Notes: generated by a model not told the origin, from the letters alone. A stretch of 64,000 bases of DNA from an uncultured virus (IMG/VR IMGVR_UViG_3300028844_004234) (IMGVR_UViG_3300028844_004234); one strand, 5' to 3'; numbered from the stretch's first letter, positions 10,901 through 19,777 are shown. Numbers and translations: made by a program.

Positions 10901-11573
10901 TGGTGTTAATGAGTTTCTACCAAATGCGACCAGTATAAACTATGACAAAAGCTCAGAAACTCCATATATGTACGTTCTCGATGATGGTTCTGAAACAGTC
11001 AACCAATTTAAATTCGGTGACTCAGTACCAGACAAATACACTGCAAGTCTTGAACAGTTTGAGTTGACAGTACCTCCAACTTTTGGTGCTGCTATTGAGA
11101 GTCTACCAGAATTATCTGTGTCATTTGACATGACCGGTCGGTCTCTTGTCTGTGATCATGAACTGACAACAGTGACAGATATCTCTGACACTTCTATGAC
11201 ATACACAGAAAACACTGATCGGATTCCTGTTACTGGTGATATTTTTAAATTTTACAATGAAGAAGACAATGCTGTTGTTGTTGCATCAACTGATGTGGCA
11301 GATAATGGTAATTCTTCCTACACGGTTACATATGACAAGTTACCGTTTACACCTGACATAAATTACATGTATCCAAAAATGATTAGGCGTATTGATGGTC
11401 TGGCCCCAACATCATTTACCCTAGAAGGAAGTGACGTTGTTGTTATGAATTATGACAAAGTTGCCAAACGTGGGAGGGAACTTGCATTTAAACAGGTAGC
11501 CCGTGCGGAAGATGTGGTAATTGTTATGACGAGATTTGATCTCGAAAAAGAGGAAATAGAAGAAGATGAGTAA
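7929..11573 (+). CDS. Large tail appendage / receptor-binding protein with beta-propeller repeats
   Basis: Many F.xDGTKMF..QYSLS..FDVSSA units; located in the tail module. Confidence 0.75.
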   Translation: MADKAFVLGEDTRTIYGFKMTESDDASSLVYDVGNKLSATFSGSMITGGGFNLGGGGSEFVGELSTEYVEQIAFSHDGTRFAYVDSNAVIHQYDVTVPWDLNSAWNHKQTDISSQLPSLGAYSTYGMAFSTDGFKMYVTADTRVFQFDLAEEADPSTAIFSNILFDAGNELTGDSLGRFESEDGDPVTIPLVESIQFKPDGTKMYISDFGGMRVVEYSLSTPFDVDTATPTGFVVDLYSLTEILQAVEDFTIGSNGTKAVMVASSMVAIFDLLTPWDLSTLTLSQTTELYNANVESGDLNQSAIFSTDGMNFYISGYSKVVNYRLSAPFAVETGASVVYDDVSFYVGDEELTPHGMSFNTDGTKMFVVGGTKSVYQYSLNVPFDVSSASSQSFYVGGNSRYASFSPDGTKMFVLGISSDSVHQYSLSTAFDVSSAVYDDISFYVGNEETTPMSVSFNADGTKMFIVGGTWDTKSVHQYSLSTAFDVSSAVYDDVSFYVGSEAIKPYAMSFNTDGTKMFVLGSSDSVHQYSLSNAFDVSSAAYDDVSFYVGDEDTTPYAMSFNTDGTKMFVLGISSKSVHQYSLSNAFDVSSAVYDDVSFYVGINPYAMSFNTDGTKMFVLGNNTVYQFSLNAAFDVSSASLHSFYVGDEETNPYSVSFSPDGTKMFVLGISSKSVHQYSLSTAFDVSSAVYDDVSFYVGDEDTNPYDVSFSPDGTKMFLLGRSDSVYQYSLSVPFDVSSAVYDDVSFYVGNEETNPYSVSFNTDGTKMFVLGNNSVHQYSLSTAFDVSSAVYDDVSFYVGSEAINPYAMSFNTDGTKMFVLGSFSKSVHQYSLPPSGTTVNIEEGQPKTFDFSEDGKNLYVYGTENNYVYHAKLEIPFDLRTAVFEQEGYQTEDELVDMIFKKASGANSLFFLTKDKKVIRGTLSGSGLPVNITSDEFSIGSEVSSPESIEMNDDGTRFYIQDSDGVLHEYEMTVAFGVSTGSYTGETYEFGVNEFLPNATSINYDKSSETPYMYVLDDGSETVNQFKFGDSVPDKYTASLEQFELTVPPTFGAAIESLPELSVSFDMTGRSLVCDHELTTVTDISDTSMTYTENTDRIPVTGDIFKFYNEEDNAVVVASTDVADNGNSSYTVTYDKLPFTPDINYMYPKMIRRIDGLAPTSFTLEGSDVVVMNYDKVAKRGRELAFKQVARAEDVVIVMTRFDLEKEEIEEDE
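8937..10427 (+). repeat. Ten tandem near-identical units of about 140-160 bp (46-54 codons)
   Basis: Repeated ggtactaaaatgttt...tcaatattcactaagt...tttgatgtttc; ten DGTKMF copies. Confidence 0.95.
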
Positions 11574-11958
11574 ATTTAGAGAAACCAAGTACAAGACCCC
11601 TTCAGGGGTCTTTAAAAGGGCTGTTGTTGAGGAGATCGATGATACTCCCAAAACAGACAAAAAGCACATTTCTCGTAAACGGGTTCAGGATGAGGTTTTC
11701 GATTTACATGACTCCGTGGCGGACAATGCTAAATGGGCGTCTCTGTTAACAGGTTTCGTCATCAGAATCTATAATGCGTTACCAGAGGAGATCAAGAACA
11801 ATATAGACCCGTCTGATAGACAGTTGATAGAAGCTCTTTCTGCACAGTTCCTCGAAACCCCAACTCGACTGGATGTTCAAATCGATAAAGAGGGTTACGG
11901 TGTTATTGATAGGATGCTTTCAAGACAAAAAGAAGTGGCAGATATCATAGGAAAATAG
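11566..11958 (+). CDS. Hypothetical protein (possible tail fibre assembly protein)
   Basis: Overlaps the end of the appendage gene; helical; position only. Confidence 0.5.
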   Translation: MSKFRETKYKTPSGVFKRAVVEEIDDTPKTDKKHISRKRVQDEVFDLHDSVADNAKWASLLTGFVIRIYNALPEEIKNNIDPSDRQLIEALSAQFLETPTRLDVQIDKEGYGVIDRMLSRQKEVADIIGK

Positions 11959-11960
11959 AA

Positions 11961-12380
11961 ATGAGACCGTGGATTCTCTTCTTTTTGGTTCTGTCTTTTC
12001 ACCAGATTACAGTAGCAAAGCCGTTATACAATGAGTCTTTCTACTCTGACGCCTTCTGTAACACCCGAGGGGGCGTCTCTGAACTTGTTTTGGAGGATGG
12101 TAGTAGGGTAGATTGTCTGACAGAGAAATACGCTGTTGAAGCTGATAGAGCCTATAAGTGGGCAGAATCTATTGGACAGTCTTTATTGTATTCAGACCTT
12201 ACCGGTAAAGAGCCAGCGGTTCTTATAATTTTATACGATAACGACAAAGACTGTTCATACATAAAAAGACTTTATAACGCAACAAAAAACTTGAATATTA
12301 GAAAATTTTTTACAGGAGATATGACTTATGAAGAAGCTCATGCTAGGGCTGGTGCTTGCCTTGTCACTGACGGGATGTAG
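11961..12380 (+). CDS. Signal-peptide protein with a PD-(D/E)xK-like core
   Basis: Hydrophobic N-terminus ending TVA; RVDCLT...AVEAD...WAESIGQSLLY. Confidence 0.5.
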   Translation: MRPWILFFLVLSFHQITVAKPLYNESFYSDAFCNTRGGVSELVLEDGSRVDCLTEKYAVEADRAYKWAESIGQSLLYSDLTGKEPAVLIILYDNDKDCSYIKRLYNATKNLNIRKFFTGDMTYEEAHARAGACLVTDGM

Positions 12381-12849
12381 TAATATTTTTAACATGGATA
12401 CAACGAAACAGACACTCTCATTTGTAACATCTGCAACAAACCTCAAATATTACTATGAAAGTGGTGACATTGTAAATTTCATTGACACCGTTGAACTGGA
12501 AGAAGATGAAATCACCAGAGTATTAACGGCATTAGAATCAATCGACAGATCGAAGAAAGCTCTTAAGGTGTTTGAAGATGATCCTAGGTTAGTCATAACA
12601 GACATGGAAACTGTCATTTTTGAGTACCAAAAAATCAAAGCTGCATACGGTGAAATTAAATCAGTTGTTGTCGAAAACTTTGATGAATATGAACCAAAAG
12701 CAAAAGCATCTTTCGTAGAATTTGATATTGCGGCGAGGACGCTAGACGAACAGTTTAAAGACATGGTTGACGCCGTAGAAAGTAATGCCGCTCTTATGAC
12801 AGCTCTTAGATTGGCGGACACTGCCATTAAGATAGCTGCAACGTTGTAG
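12328..12849 (+). CDS. Lipoprotein
   Basis: MKKLMLGLVLALSLTG-C lipobox. Confidence 0.75.
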   Translation: MKKLMLGLVLALSLTGCSNIFNMDTTKQTLSFVTSATNLKYYYESGDIVNFIDTVELEEDEITRVLTALESIDRSKKALKVFEDDPRLVITDMETVIFEYQKIKAAYGEIKSVVVENFDEYEPKAKASFVEFDIAARTLDEQFKDMVDAVESNAALMTALRLADTAIKIAATL

Positions 12850-12862
12850 AAGGTATTTCGTA

Positions 12863-13423
12863 ATGACAAAGAATGCTACTGATTTTATTTGGAATGGTAG
12901 AAAATATGTCATAGAGAACCCAGATAAAGATCAGATCATAAAATACGGTATTTTCGTACCATATGTTCAATCAAAGAATCCCGAGGAAAAGGTCGTGATT
13001 GATGAGTATATTTTATGGTCTGCAAGATTGAAATCCCCAATAGTGATACCAAGATGGTTTCTGACAGATCTTGCAAGTATACCGAGGGGTTTTAGAGGCA
13101 TTGTATCGAAGTCTGGTGAGACAGAAATACCGTCACTACCACATGACTTCGGCTATGCACTGAATGGCTACAAGAAGCACCTAGACAGACAACCGAGAGT
13201 GTCAAAGTCGGAATGGGATTTGGTTCTCTATGACTTTTGTAAACATCAGAACATGAGCTTGTTGCTAAGGGGATTGGTGTATTCTGCGGTATGGGCAGGT
13301 GGGTGGTTCGCTTTTAAATCTGAAGGTGAGTTTTTCATACCGAGGAGTCATAGAGAATTCTATATCAAACAGTGGCCTCTACTACAACTAGATATTAATG
13401 ACGGAGATTTCATAATTCTTTAA
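12863..13423 (+). CDS. DUF1353-like protein
   Basis: IP.WF.TDLASIPR...PHD..Y...D...Y.AV..GG. Confidence 0.7.
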   Translation: MTKNATDFIWNGRKYVIENPDKDQIIKYGIFVPYVQSKNPEEKVVIDEYILWSARLKSPIVIPRWFLTDLASIPRGFRGIVSKSGETEIPSLPHDFGYALNGYKKHLDRQPRVSKSEWDLVLYDFCKHQNMSLLLRGLVYSAVWAGGWFAFKSEGEFFIPRSHREFYIKQWPLLQLDINDGDFIIL

Positions 13424-13452
13424 ACGATGTAAAACACAAAACCCACAAGTTC

Positions 13453-13651
13453 TAATAAATAGACATGACACAAATTAAAACACAATTTCGCTAAAAAGAG
13501 GAAAATATGATGGCATGTGTGACAAAAGACTCAATCGATGTTTCAGGTGACAGTGTTTCTGTTGTTATGACATAAGTCTAGTCTGAAATTAATAAATAGA
13601 AATGACATAAATTAAAACACAATTTCACTAAAAGAGGAAAAATATAATGGC
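13453..13651 (+). repeat. Two copies of a roughly 60 bp late promoter + RBS unit (13453-13514 and 13590-13651)
   Basis: taataaataga.atgaca.aaattaaaacacaatttc.ctaaaa(a)gaggaaaa...atggc in both. Confidence 0.9.
13507..13575 (+). pseudogene. 22-codon mini-ORF, truncated paralog of 13647..13994
   Basis: MMACVTKDSIDVSGDSVSVVMT versus KTKDAIDVTGDGASVIL; has its own RBS GAGG. Confidence 0.65.
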
Positions 13652-13994
13652 CTATTCCACTATTGAAGTCGTCATTAATGGTAAAACAAAAGATGCTATT
13701 GATGTAACCGGAGACGGTGCTTCAGTAATCCTAGAAGAAAATCTCACCCCGTTCGACAAAGAGGTGATGAACGCAGTATCCGCAGAAGACGGTGAGACAT
13801 TTGCTGCAAAACTCGCTGCCCATAAAATGAGCAACGGTATGACTGCTGATGTTGTTTATGCAAACCTCATTAAGGTTGTTTCTGAACATAACGAGGCAAC
13901 ATTCAAGGCATATGCGGCCAATAACACAGCCAAGGTTCTACTTGACCATGATACTAGAATCGCATCACTTGAGGTGACTGAAGAACCTGAATAA
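13647..13994 (+). CDS. Hypothetical late protein
   Basis: Late promoter, RBS and downstream terminator; C-terminal DHDTRIASLE coiled-coil end. Confidence 0.7.
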   Translation: MAYSTIEVVINGKTKDAIDVTGDGASVILEENLTPFDKEVMNAVSAEDGETFAAKLAAHKMSNGMTADVVYANLIKVVSEHNEATFKAYAANNTAKVLLDHDTRIASLEVTEEPE

Positions 13995-14027
13995 ACCCAA
14001 CATTCTGATATGTTGGACGTGATATAT

Positions 14028-14060
14028 AAAAAGGGACTAATATCATCATAGTCCCTTTTT
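14028..14060. terminator. Rho-independent terminator
   Basis: AAAAAGGGACTA-9 nt-TAGTCCCTTTTT. Confidence 0.85.
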
Positions 14061-14092
14061 ATTACGTCATCTGTGAGAAGAGGTGTCAATAT

Positions 14093-14500
14093 ATGAAAAG
14101 AAATATAAAAAATACCATAAAGGAGATTATGTTTCATTCTTCTCTCTCAGGTATACAATTTACAATCGCGGTCACACAATTGATGATGTCAATTATCTTT
14201 CTTGGACATTTTACTGACACGGACTTTCCGATCTGGCCTTTCATCATATATGGATCTTTAGCAATAACCCAAATAGCCATAATGCTTTCAAAAACAACTC
14301 ATACTAAATTTGGTGTTTGTTTCTCTCTCGTGAGTTCGTTTTCTCTTTGGTATCTTCTTGTCTTTGGGGCTTTCCAAGTTATGATAGACATGTCCCCACT
14401 TCTTGCTTCCTATGTTGCGATATGTCTATCATCATCTTGGGTTTTCATTAGATCAGGAACAACACCAAAAGATAGAAGAGAAACTGCTGCCTATAAGTGA
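14093..14500 (+). CDS. Multi-pass membrane protein (paralog of next gene)
   Basis: About four hydrophobic segments; ends WVFIRSG. Confidence 0.7.
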   Translation: MKRNIKNTIKEIMFHSSLSGIQFTIAVTQLMMSIIFLGHFTDTDFPIWPFIIYGSLAITQIAIMLSKTTHTKFGVCFSLVSSFSLWYLLVFGAFQVMIDMSPLLASYVAICLSSSWVFIRSGTTPKDRRETAAYK

Positions 14501-14530
14501 CAAAATTTTCTAAATAATCATGTACAAATT

Positions 14531-15007
14531 ATGTTTAAAGAATATATAAATTTGATTAAGGCAACCACAGTAAAGTTTAAGGATAGAGTAATGTCTGTTC
14601 TTTATGATAGTGACATGGTGTGGTCGCGCTTGACACTTTCGTGTGCGGAGTTCATTTGGGGCATCTCTTTGCTTTGGCCGGGAGATACACTCGAAAGACC
14701 TGCCTACAGTGCGATGAATATCCTTCTATCAGAACAGACATGGGCCATTATATTTTTGATCACGGGAACATTACAGTTCCTGATAATGGTATATACAAAG
14801 CTCCACCATTCACCAATCGGTGTGGCGTTTGCTCTGTATAACTCTTCTCTTTGGTGGTTTGTTGTTGTTTCTATGTATATAAGTGTATACCCACCACCAG
14901 CTGGTATCAGTGGAGAGCTTGCATTGGCATTTGCATCTATGTGGATTTTTATCAGAGCTGGTTGTGGGAGACATAAAAAATTGGTTCAAAAAGAGAAAAA
15001 GGAATGA
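14531..15007 (+). CDS. Multi-pass membrane protein
   Basis: About four hydrophobic segments; ends WIFIRAG plus a basic tail; late promoter at 14511. Confidence 0.75.
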   Translation: MFKEYINLIKATTVKFKDRVMSVLYDSDMVWSRLTLSCAEFIWGISLLWPGDTLERPAYSAMNILLSEQTWAIIFLITGTLQFLIMVYTKLHHSPIGVAFALYNSSLWWFVVVSMYISVYPPPAGISGELALAFASMWIFIRAGCGRHKKLVQKEKKE

Positions 15008-15013
15008 AGTAGT

Positions 15014-15484
15014 ATGAACGTAGGAGATTTAGATCCGCAGTCAATAAACACACTATTAACCAGTGGGGGTGTAACTGGTACTTTAATAGCGGCATCACTC
15101 GTCATTCGCAAACTGTGGATAACGTTCAGTTCTGATTCTCTTCAATCAACAAGAAACTCTGCAGAGAGAGATTTGATCAATTCCATGAGCGGTGAATTGA
15201 AAAGACTGAGCGAAGAAGTTATAGTTCTAAAGTCGCAGTACCGCAGTGAAATTGAAGAACTCAAAAAACACCACACCGAAGAACGTAGGCAGATAAGCAG
15301 AAAACTGCAAGAGGTCAGTGAACTACTTGAGAAAGTAAAAAAGAAGAACGATGAACTGAAACAGGAGGCGTTGTCGGCGTACACATATGTCATAAAGAAC
15401 ATGGATTCTTGTGATGATAACAATTGCCTAGAAGGTGTGAGAGTCCGTCTTCTCGATATCGTTACTGATGACGATGATGACTGA
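15014..15484 (+). CDS. Membrane-anchored coiled-coil protein (holin/spanin-like, uncertain)
   Basis: N-terminal hydrophobic segment, then a long heptad region. Confidence 0.5.
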   Translation: MNVGDLDPQSINTLLTSGGVTGTLIAASLVIRKLWITFSSDSLQSTRNSAERDLINSMSGELKRLSEEVIVLKSQYRSEIEELKKHHTEERRQISRKLQEVSELLEKVKKKNDELKQEALSAYTYVIKNMDSCDDNNCLEGVRVRLLDIVTDDDDD

Positions 15485-15504
15485 TGTGGGGGTTCTGACA
15501 CATT

Positions 15505-17052
15505 TCAGAACGAAATCCCCCACGTCTCATCATCAACATCCAAATCATTGATCGCTCTGTCTACACTGTCTTCGTAGTTAGCGATCTGTGGTAACATATA
15601 CATACACATCATCATCCCCATTACACGGTCGTCCTTGTTACCGGCCTCTGCAGCAAACGAAGCCCCATTCTTCATGAAGAATCTTAACTCATTGATAAGT
15701 TTTATGCTATTGATCGTCATTCTGTCAGATTCAACCAGTGCCTTAAATTGACCACAACCTTCCATTTTCTTTGTTTTCGTCGTTGTTAGACCTGATTTTC
15801 CTGTTGGTAACCCGTCTCTGCCTACATCATTGATGAAAATGACATCATCCAAAATTGGGTCTGTACTGGTTTCAAGGAGGCGCAGAACACCATTACCGAC
15901 ACCATTAGACTCAACACCCATATAAATATCACCACAACCTTGAGATTTGAAGTATTTCATTGTTGTGAGTATGTCTTTCACGTACATGTTCTGGTTACCC
16001 ATATTGTCCGCATATTCTGCACATTGTTCGAGGGTGTCTGCATCGAGAACCTGAAAGACACTGTTGTCTTGTCCTACCCCTTCTGAAACATCAACACCGA
16101 CAATGAGATTCCTGTCTTTGAAAGAGTCAATATAAATTTCAAGGGTCTCATCCAACATCGTCATGACCGGTTCTTTCGGTTTCAACGACTCAAGTTTTAT
16201 TGAGTTTATCATCAGAGGCTTACTTGATATGAACTCACCCAGATACTCCTGACGGTATGTTAGAATACCAACTTCTTTAATCTTCTGTTTCTCCCACTCG
16301 GGTGATTGACGACCTGGTATCTTAGCTGGATCAACTTTATGGTAGACAAAACCATTTGTTCCTGCTTGAGCACCGAAGACAAGAGATGCATACAGACCAG
16401 CAGTACCGGCAGGGGTTGAAATAATGATGAGTTTTGTTTTTGAATCCTCACCTGCGGCCTCAAGTGCTGGCATATAAGACGCATGAGCAAGTCTGGCAAT
16501 ATCTTCTGAAACGAATGAATGTTCATCGAGAACCAGAGTACCGGTAATTGTCCTACCACGTCCTGTATTCTCTGAAATCACCTGAACAAAGACATTAGAC
16601 CCATTGGCAAATCTAACCTCCGATTGGTTGTAAAGAAGAACGGGCTCTTTCAAGAAAGAAGGTAGAGATTCATAGGTCGTCTTGAAACGTGTTAACAAAT
16701 CTTTTGCACCGGACAATTTATATGAAGCCATAGAACTTGTTATATCCGGTGTGAATAGGAGTTCCCACAGAACATAAATCACAACCATCGCAGACTTACC
16801 TGACTGACGTGGACTGTTTATTATTGTTTTGCGGTTTGCGAGAATGATATCAATTGCATCAACCTGATAGTCTCGTGGCTCAAAAAGAACCTTACCTTTA
16901 GGTCCAACTACCTGACAATAGTTTGTTGCGAAATACCAAAAGTCATTTGCACAGGTCAACCATTCCTTAACTTCGTCTTCTGTTAGGGGTCTGTCGTCTT
17001 GTGGTTTCTTAACAACACCGTAATCAACATTGTAATGTGTCTGTGAGGCCAT
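15505..17052 (-). CDS. terL: Terminase large subunit (gp17-like)
   Basis: PRDYQ, PRQSGKS Walker A, LVLDE Walker B, IISTP, nuclease GVDVSEG and KDDRVM. Confidence 0.95.
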   Translation of the reverse strand: MASQTHYNVDYGVVKKPQDDRPLTEDEVKEWLTCANDFWYFATNYCQVVGPKGKVLFEPRDYQVDAIDIILANRKTIINSPRQSGKSAMVVIYVLWELLFTPDITSSMASYKLSGAKDLLTRFKTTYESLPSFLKEPVLLYNQSEVRFANGSNVFVQVISENTGRGRTITGTLVLDEHSFVSEDIARLAHASYMPALEAAGEDSKTKLIIISTPAGTAGLYASLVFGAQAGTNGFVYHKVDPAKIPGRQSPEWEKQKIKEVGILTYRQEYLGEFISSKPLMINSIKLESLKPKEPVMTMLDETLEIYIDSFKDRNLIVGVDVSEGVGQDNSVFQVLDADTLEQCAEYADNMGNQNMYVKDILTTMKYFKSQGCGDIYMGVESNGVGNGVLRLLETSTDPILDDVIFINDVGRDGLPTGKSGLTTTKTKKMEGCGQFKALVESDRMTINSIKLINELRFFMKNGASFAAEAGNKDDRVMGMMMCMYMLPQIANYEDSVDRAINDLDVDDETWGISF

Positions 17053-17075
17053 ATCTGTCCTTTACACCCTGTTCA

Positions 17076-17498
17076 CTATATAGCTTTTTTATTCATTGCC
17101 AGAAGTTCTTCCCGTGTATACGTTTTTGCCGGTTGTTCTGTGTCTGAATTACCTTCCATGAGTGGGACACTCTCGTTCTTTGGTTTTTTACCAGCAGCCC
17201 GTTGTTTTTGAATCTTTATCATCTCTTTTTTGTGCATGGCATCTTTTGCTTGACCAAGGAACTTCTCTGCAATTTCCATACACTTAATACGAGATTTAGG
17301 ATCAACGAGTGAGATCACATCAAGCTGCTCTTTATACGCTTTAAGTGCTAATTCGATGATGGTATCCAGTGTTGGATCATCTGGTATTTCGATAGTATCA
17401 TTAAACTCATCAATTACCGTTTCATCCACCATGTCGAACTCTTTTTCGAGGGGGTGTGGTACTTTTTTCATATCGGTATTATCCTTTTTATATTTCAC
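17076..17498 (-). CDS. Probable terminase small subunit
   Basis: Directly upstream of terL, helical, late promoter at 17510-17515 (-). Confidence 0.55.
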   Translation of the reverse strand: MKYKKDNTDMKKVPHPLEKEFDMVDETVIDEFNDTIEIPDDPTLDTIIELALKAYKEQLDVISLVDPKSRIKCMEIAEKFLGQAKDAMHKKEMIKIQKQRAAGKKPKNESVPLMEGNSDTEQPAKTYTREELLAMNKKAI

Positions 17499-17552
17499 TT
17501 TTCTTATATTATTTAGTAAAATATAAAATTGACAGTTTATACTAAATAGATA

Positions 17553-17615
17553 TGTGGTGTTCTAGTTTGATGTTCCTCCCTCAAGCCTCTGTCCTCCATC
17601 AAACTAGAACCCACA
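17553..17615. ncRNA. Candidate small structured RNA or DNA hairpin
   Basis: 19 bp stem with one bulge (TGTGG-T-GTTCTAGTTTGATG / CATCAAACTAGAAC-CCACA) and a 24 nt pyrimidine loop; TAAATA ends 4 nt upstream. Confidence 0.45.
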
Positions 17616-17631
17616 CCCTCTTCTTTATAAA

Positions 17632-18810
17632 TCACCCATTATCTTCAATGAATGATCTTACTGAATCCATGACTCTTTTCTGAGATTCCGGTCTCTTAAG
17701 ACCTGCAACAGCAACATCCATGACATCAACAACGTCTTCCGCTGTACCATTACCATAAATCCATTCTCTGATAGTAGTAGAAATACTATTCATCCAACTA
17801 AGAACCAAACCGCCGTTGACTAATGAATTCAACTTAATATTTACATTTAAAATGAACCCATTGATATTCTTCATAAGATCATATGCGTCTTCTCTTGACA
17901 TGTAATTTAACCCATCTTGGTTTTTATCCAATATGTTGTATACATTGTCTAAGAAATCAATGTAGAGTCGGTATGCTTTCATGAATTCGTTGACACCATA
18001 TTCACCAGTTTCGACAAAATCTATGGCCTCAAGCATATCAACTTCTTGATAGTAACGCTCAAGAACACCATCTACCTCAGATTTAATCTGTCTGAAATCG
18101 ATCCTCTCTCTGTGAGCCTCAATGCGATCTTGCCCCATCTCTTTATTTGAAAATGTCTCTAGCACTCGGATTGTTCTAATGTTGAAGTGTACTGCCTGAG
18201 TTGGTTCATTTTGGTGTATCACTCCTTTACCGTCCAAGTCATAGACTGCATCATAACCAAGCACCCTGAATAGGATTTTTGTTGCTTCAACTGTGACTCT
18301 ACTCTCGTTTGTGAAGTTATCAATCAGGATATAGATCAAATACCATAAACGTTTACCATATGAGAATCCCGTTTCATGAGCAAGTTCTTTGTATTTGCTC
18401 GTTGTGCTGTTGACAAAATCTCTAACATCAACACCAATCACATTATCGAAATAGTTGTACAACTTCTTTATGTCTTTCTCAAATTGAGACCTACTATAGG
18501 TTGAAACATCTAGTACATTCCTTGACGTTTGTTGGAATAGATGAACATATTTTGAAACCGATGCAAAAGGCGCGGAGCCAAAAATAGTACCACTCTGATA
18601 TGCTTTTTCGAGAACATACTCAAGTGGGTAGCTATACACACCTATCGGTGTTCTGAAGTTGCTCTGTGGGTTAATCCCGACTTTAGGCAACTGTGTAAAC
18701 GTCACAAACATGTTTGGTTTGTTTGCATACATCGAGAATGTATCAAGTGCGTCTATTTTGGGATTCAAATGTGGGTTTCGTCTTGCTTCAAAAATATCTC
18801 TAATCTTCAT
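17632..18810 (-). CDS. Putative virion-internal protein (MKIRDIFE tag), possibly ART-like fold
   Basis: Shared N-terminal tag; TPIGVYSYP, LGYDAVYD.DGKGVIH.NEP.Q; late promoter at 18876 (-). Confidence 0.55.
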   Translation of the reverse strand: MKIRDIFEARRNPHLNPKIDALDTFSMYANKPNMFVTFTQLPKVGINPQSNFRTPIGVYSYPLEYVLEKAYQSGTIFGSAPFASVSKYVHLFQQTSRNVLDVSTYSRSQFEKDIKKLYNYFDNVIGVDVRDFVNSTTSKYKELAHETGFSYGKRLWYLIYILIDNFTNESRVTVEATKILFRVLGYDAVYDLDGKGVIHQNEPTQAVHFNIRTIRVLETFSNKEMGQDRIEAHRERIDFRQIKSEVDGVLERYYQEVDMLEAIDFVETGEYGVNEFMKAYRLYIDFLDNVYNILDKNQDGLNYMSREDAYDLMKNINGFILNVNIKLNSLVNGGLVLSWMNSISTTIREWIYGNGTAEDVVDVMDVAVAGLKRPESQKRVMDSVRSFIEDNG

Positions 18811-18903
18811 CAGTTCACCGTATCAAATTATTCACATCTTGATGTGTTGAGGTATCTACACACACAACATTCTCATATTTATTAGATAATTTAAAAACGA
18901 ATG

Positions 18904-19572
18904 TCATTTACCTTGTACCATTTTCCAATGTTTATAGGCTCTTTTAATGACCCTTCTCTTATTTTTCTCTGTTAGACTTTTATAAAACTCGTCATTTGTT
19001 TTCAACATATAGTACTGAACAGTTTTAAAGAAGATATCGAATGATTTGAGCTTTTCAATGTTCTCGGGGTTATATTCAATGAGGTCATCAATATGTCTTA
19101 CTGCTTCTTGATAGAATGCATTCATCTCAACCGATGAGTTATGATACTTGTCATAACCGTATTTGTTTGGGTCTGGTGAGTCTGGCATCTCTTTCATCCT
19201 TACCTTGTCCAAGAAGTGGATGGTCTCGTGAAAGAGGGTTGTGTAGTAACGACCACCACCGATCCTGTTCTCAATACCGTCCACGTCATTAACAAACAAC
19301 ATGATTGTATTTGTCTTCTTGTCATATCCACCATCACCATCTCTCAGAGAGTCGGTCTCTATGATTACGTATGTTACCTCTGAGGCGATTTTGATTGAGT
19401 GACCATAACTATCATCCCCAAATATAGAAGCGTTCATATGGCCTGTATCGAAGCCTGAGAGCCTATTGTGTTTTACTTCTGATACCAACTGATCAACAAG
19501 ATGTTTCGCATAACTCCTGTACATCCTATCCTGCAATGCAGACTCAATAACCATAATGTTTTTCATTCTCAT
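18904..19572 (-). CDS. Zincin-type metallopeptidase, putative internal protein
   Basis: HETIH motif plus downstream Y.NS..EMNA; late promoter at 19610 (-). Confidence 0.65.
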   Translation of the reverse strand: MRMKNIMVIESALQDRMYRSYAKHLVDQLVSEVKHNRLSGFDTGHMNASIFGDDSYGHSIKIASEVTYVIIETDSLRDGDGGYDKKTNTIMLFVNDVDGIENRIGGGRYYTTLFHETIHFLDKVRMKEMPDSPDPNKYGYDKYHNSSVEMNAFYQEAVRHIDDLIEYNPENIEKLKSFDIFFKTVQYYMLKTNDEFYKSLTEKNKRRVIKRAYKHWKMVQGK

Positions 19573-19764
19573 TACTATTATACTCTCTTGGAATAAACAA
19601 TTTCACATATATTTAATGTTAGTACAACAATGACTCAAATACTGAAAACGATAATGAGAATAAAACTCAATTACAATTGTAACAAAATGTAATAAAATCG
19701 TATTGTATTTCGTCTACATACAGATATACATATTACTGTATGTGTGAGTCATAGAACCTATATA

Positions 19765-19777
19765 AATCAATGACTTA
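19765..19777 (+). promoter_or_regulatory. IHF consensus site
   Basis: AATCAA-TGAC-TTA fits WATCAANNNNTTR. Confidence 0.45.

Noticed and set aside
11593..11612. Hairpin AAGACCCCT-tc-AGGGGTCTT as a terminator
   Set aside because: It lies inside a coding region with a poor U tract; attenuation is possible but unsupported
17593..17603. 11 nt complementarity of the hairpin to 44217-44227
   Set aside because: A match this short is expected by chance given the number of possible windows
19677..19705. Pho box upstream of phoH
   Set aside because: The repeat spacing is 10 bp, not the 11 bp of PhoB boxes, and the site is far from the phoH promoter
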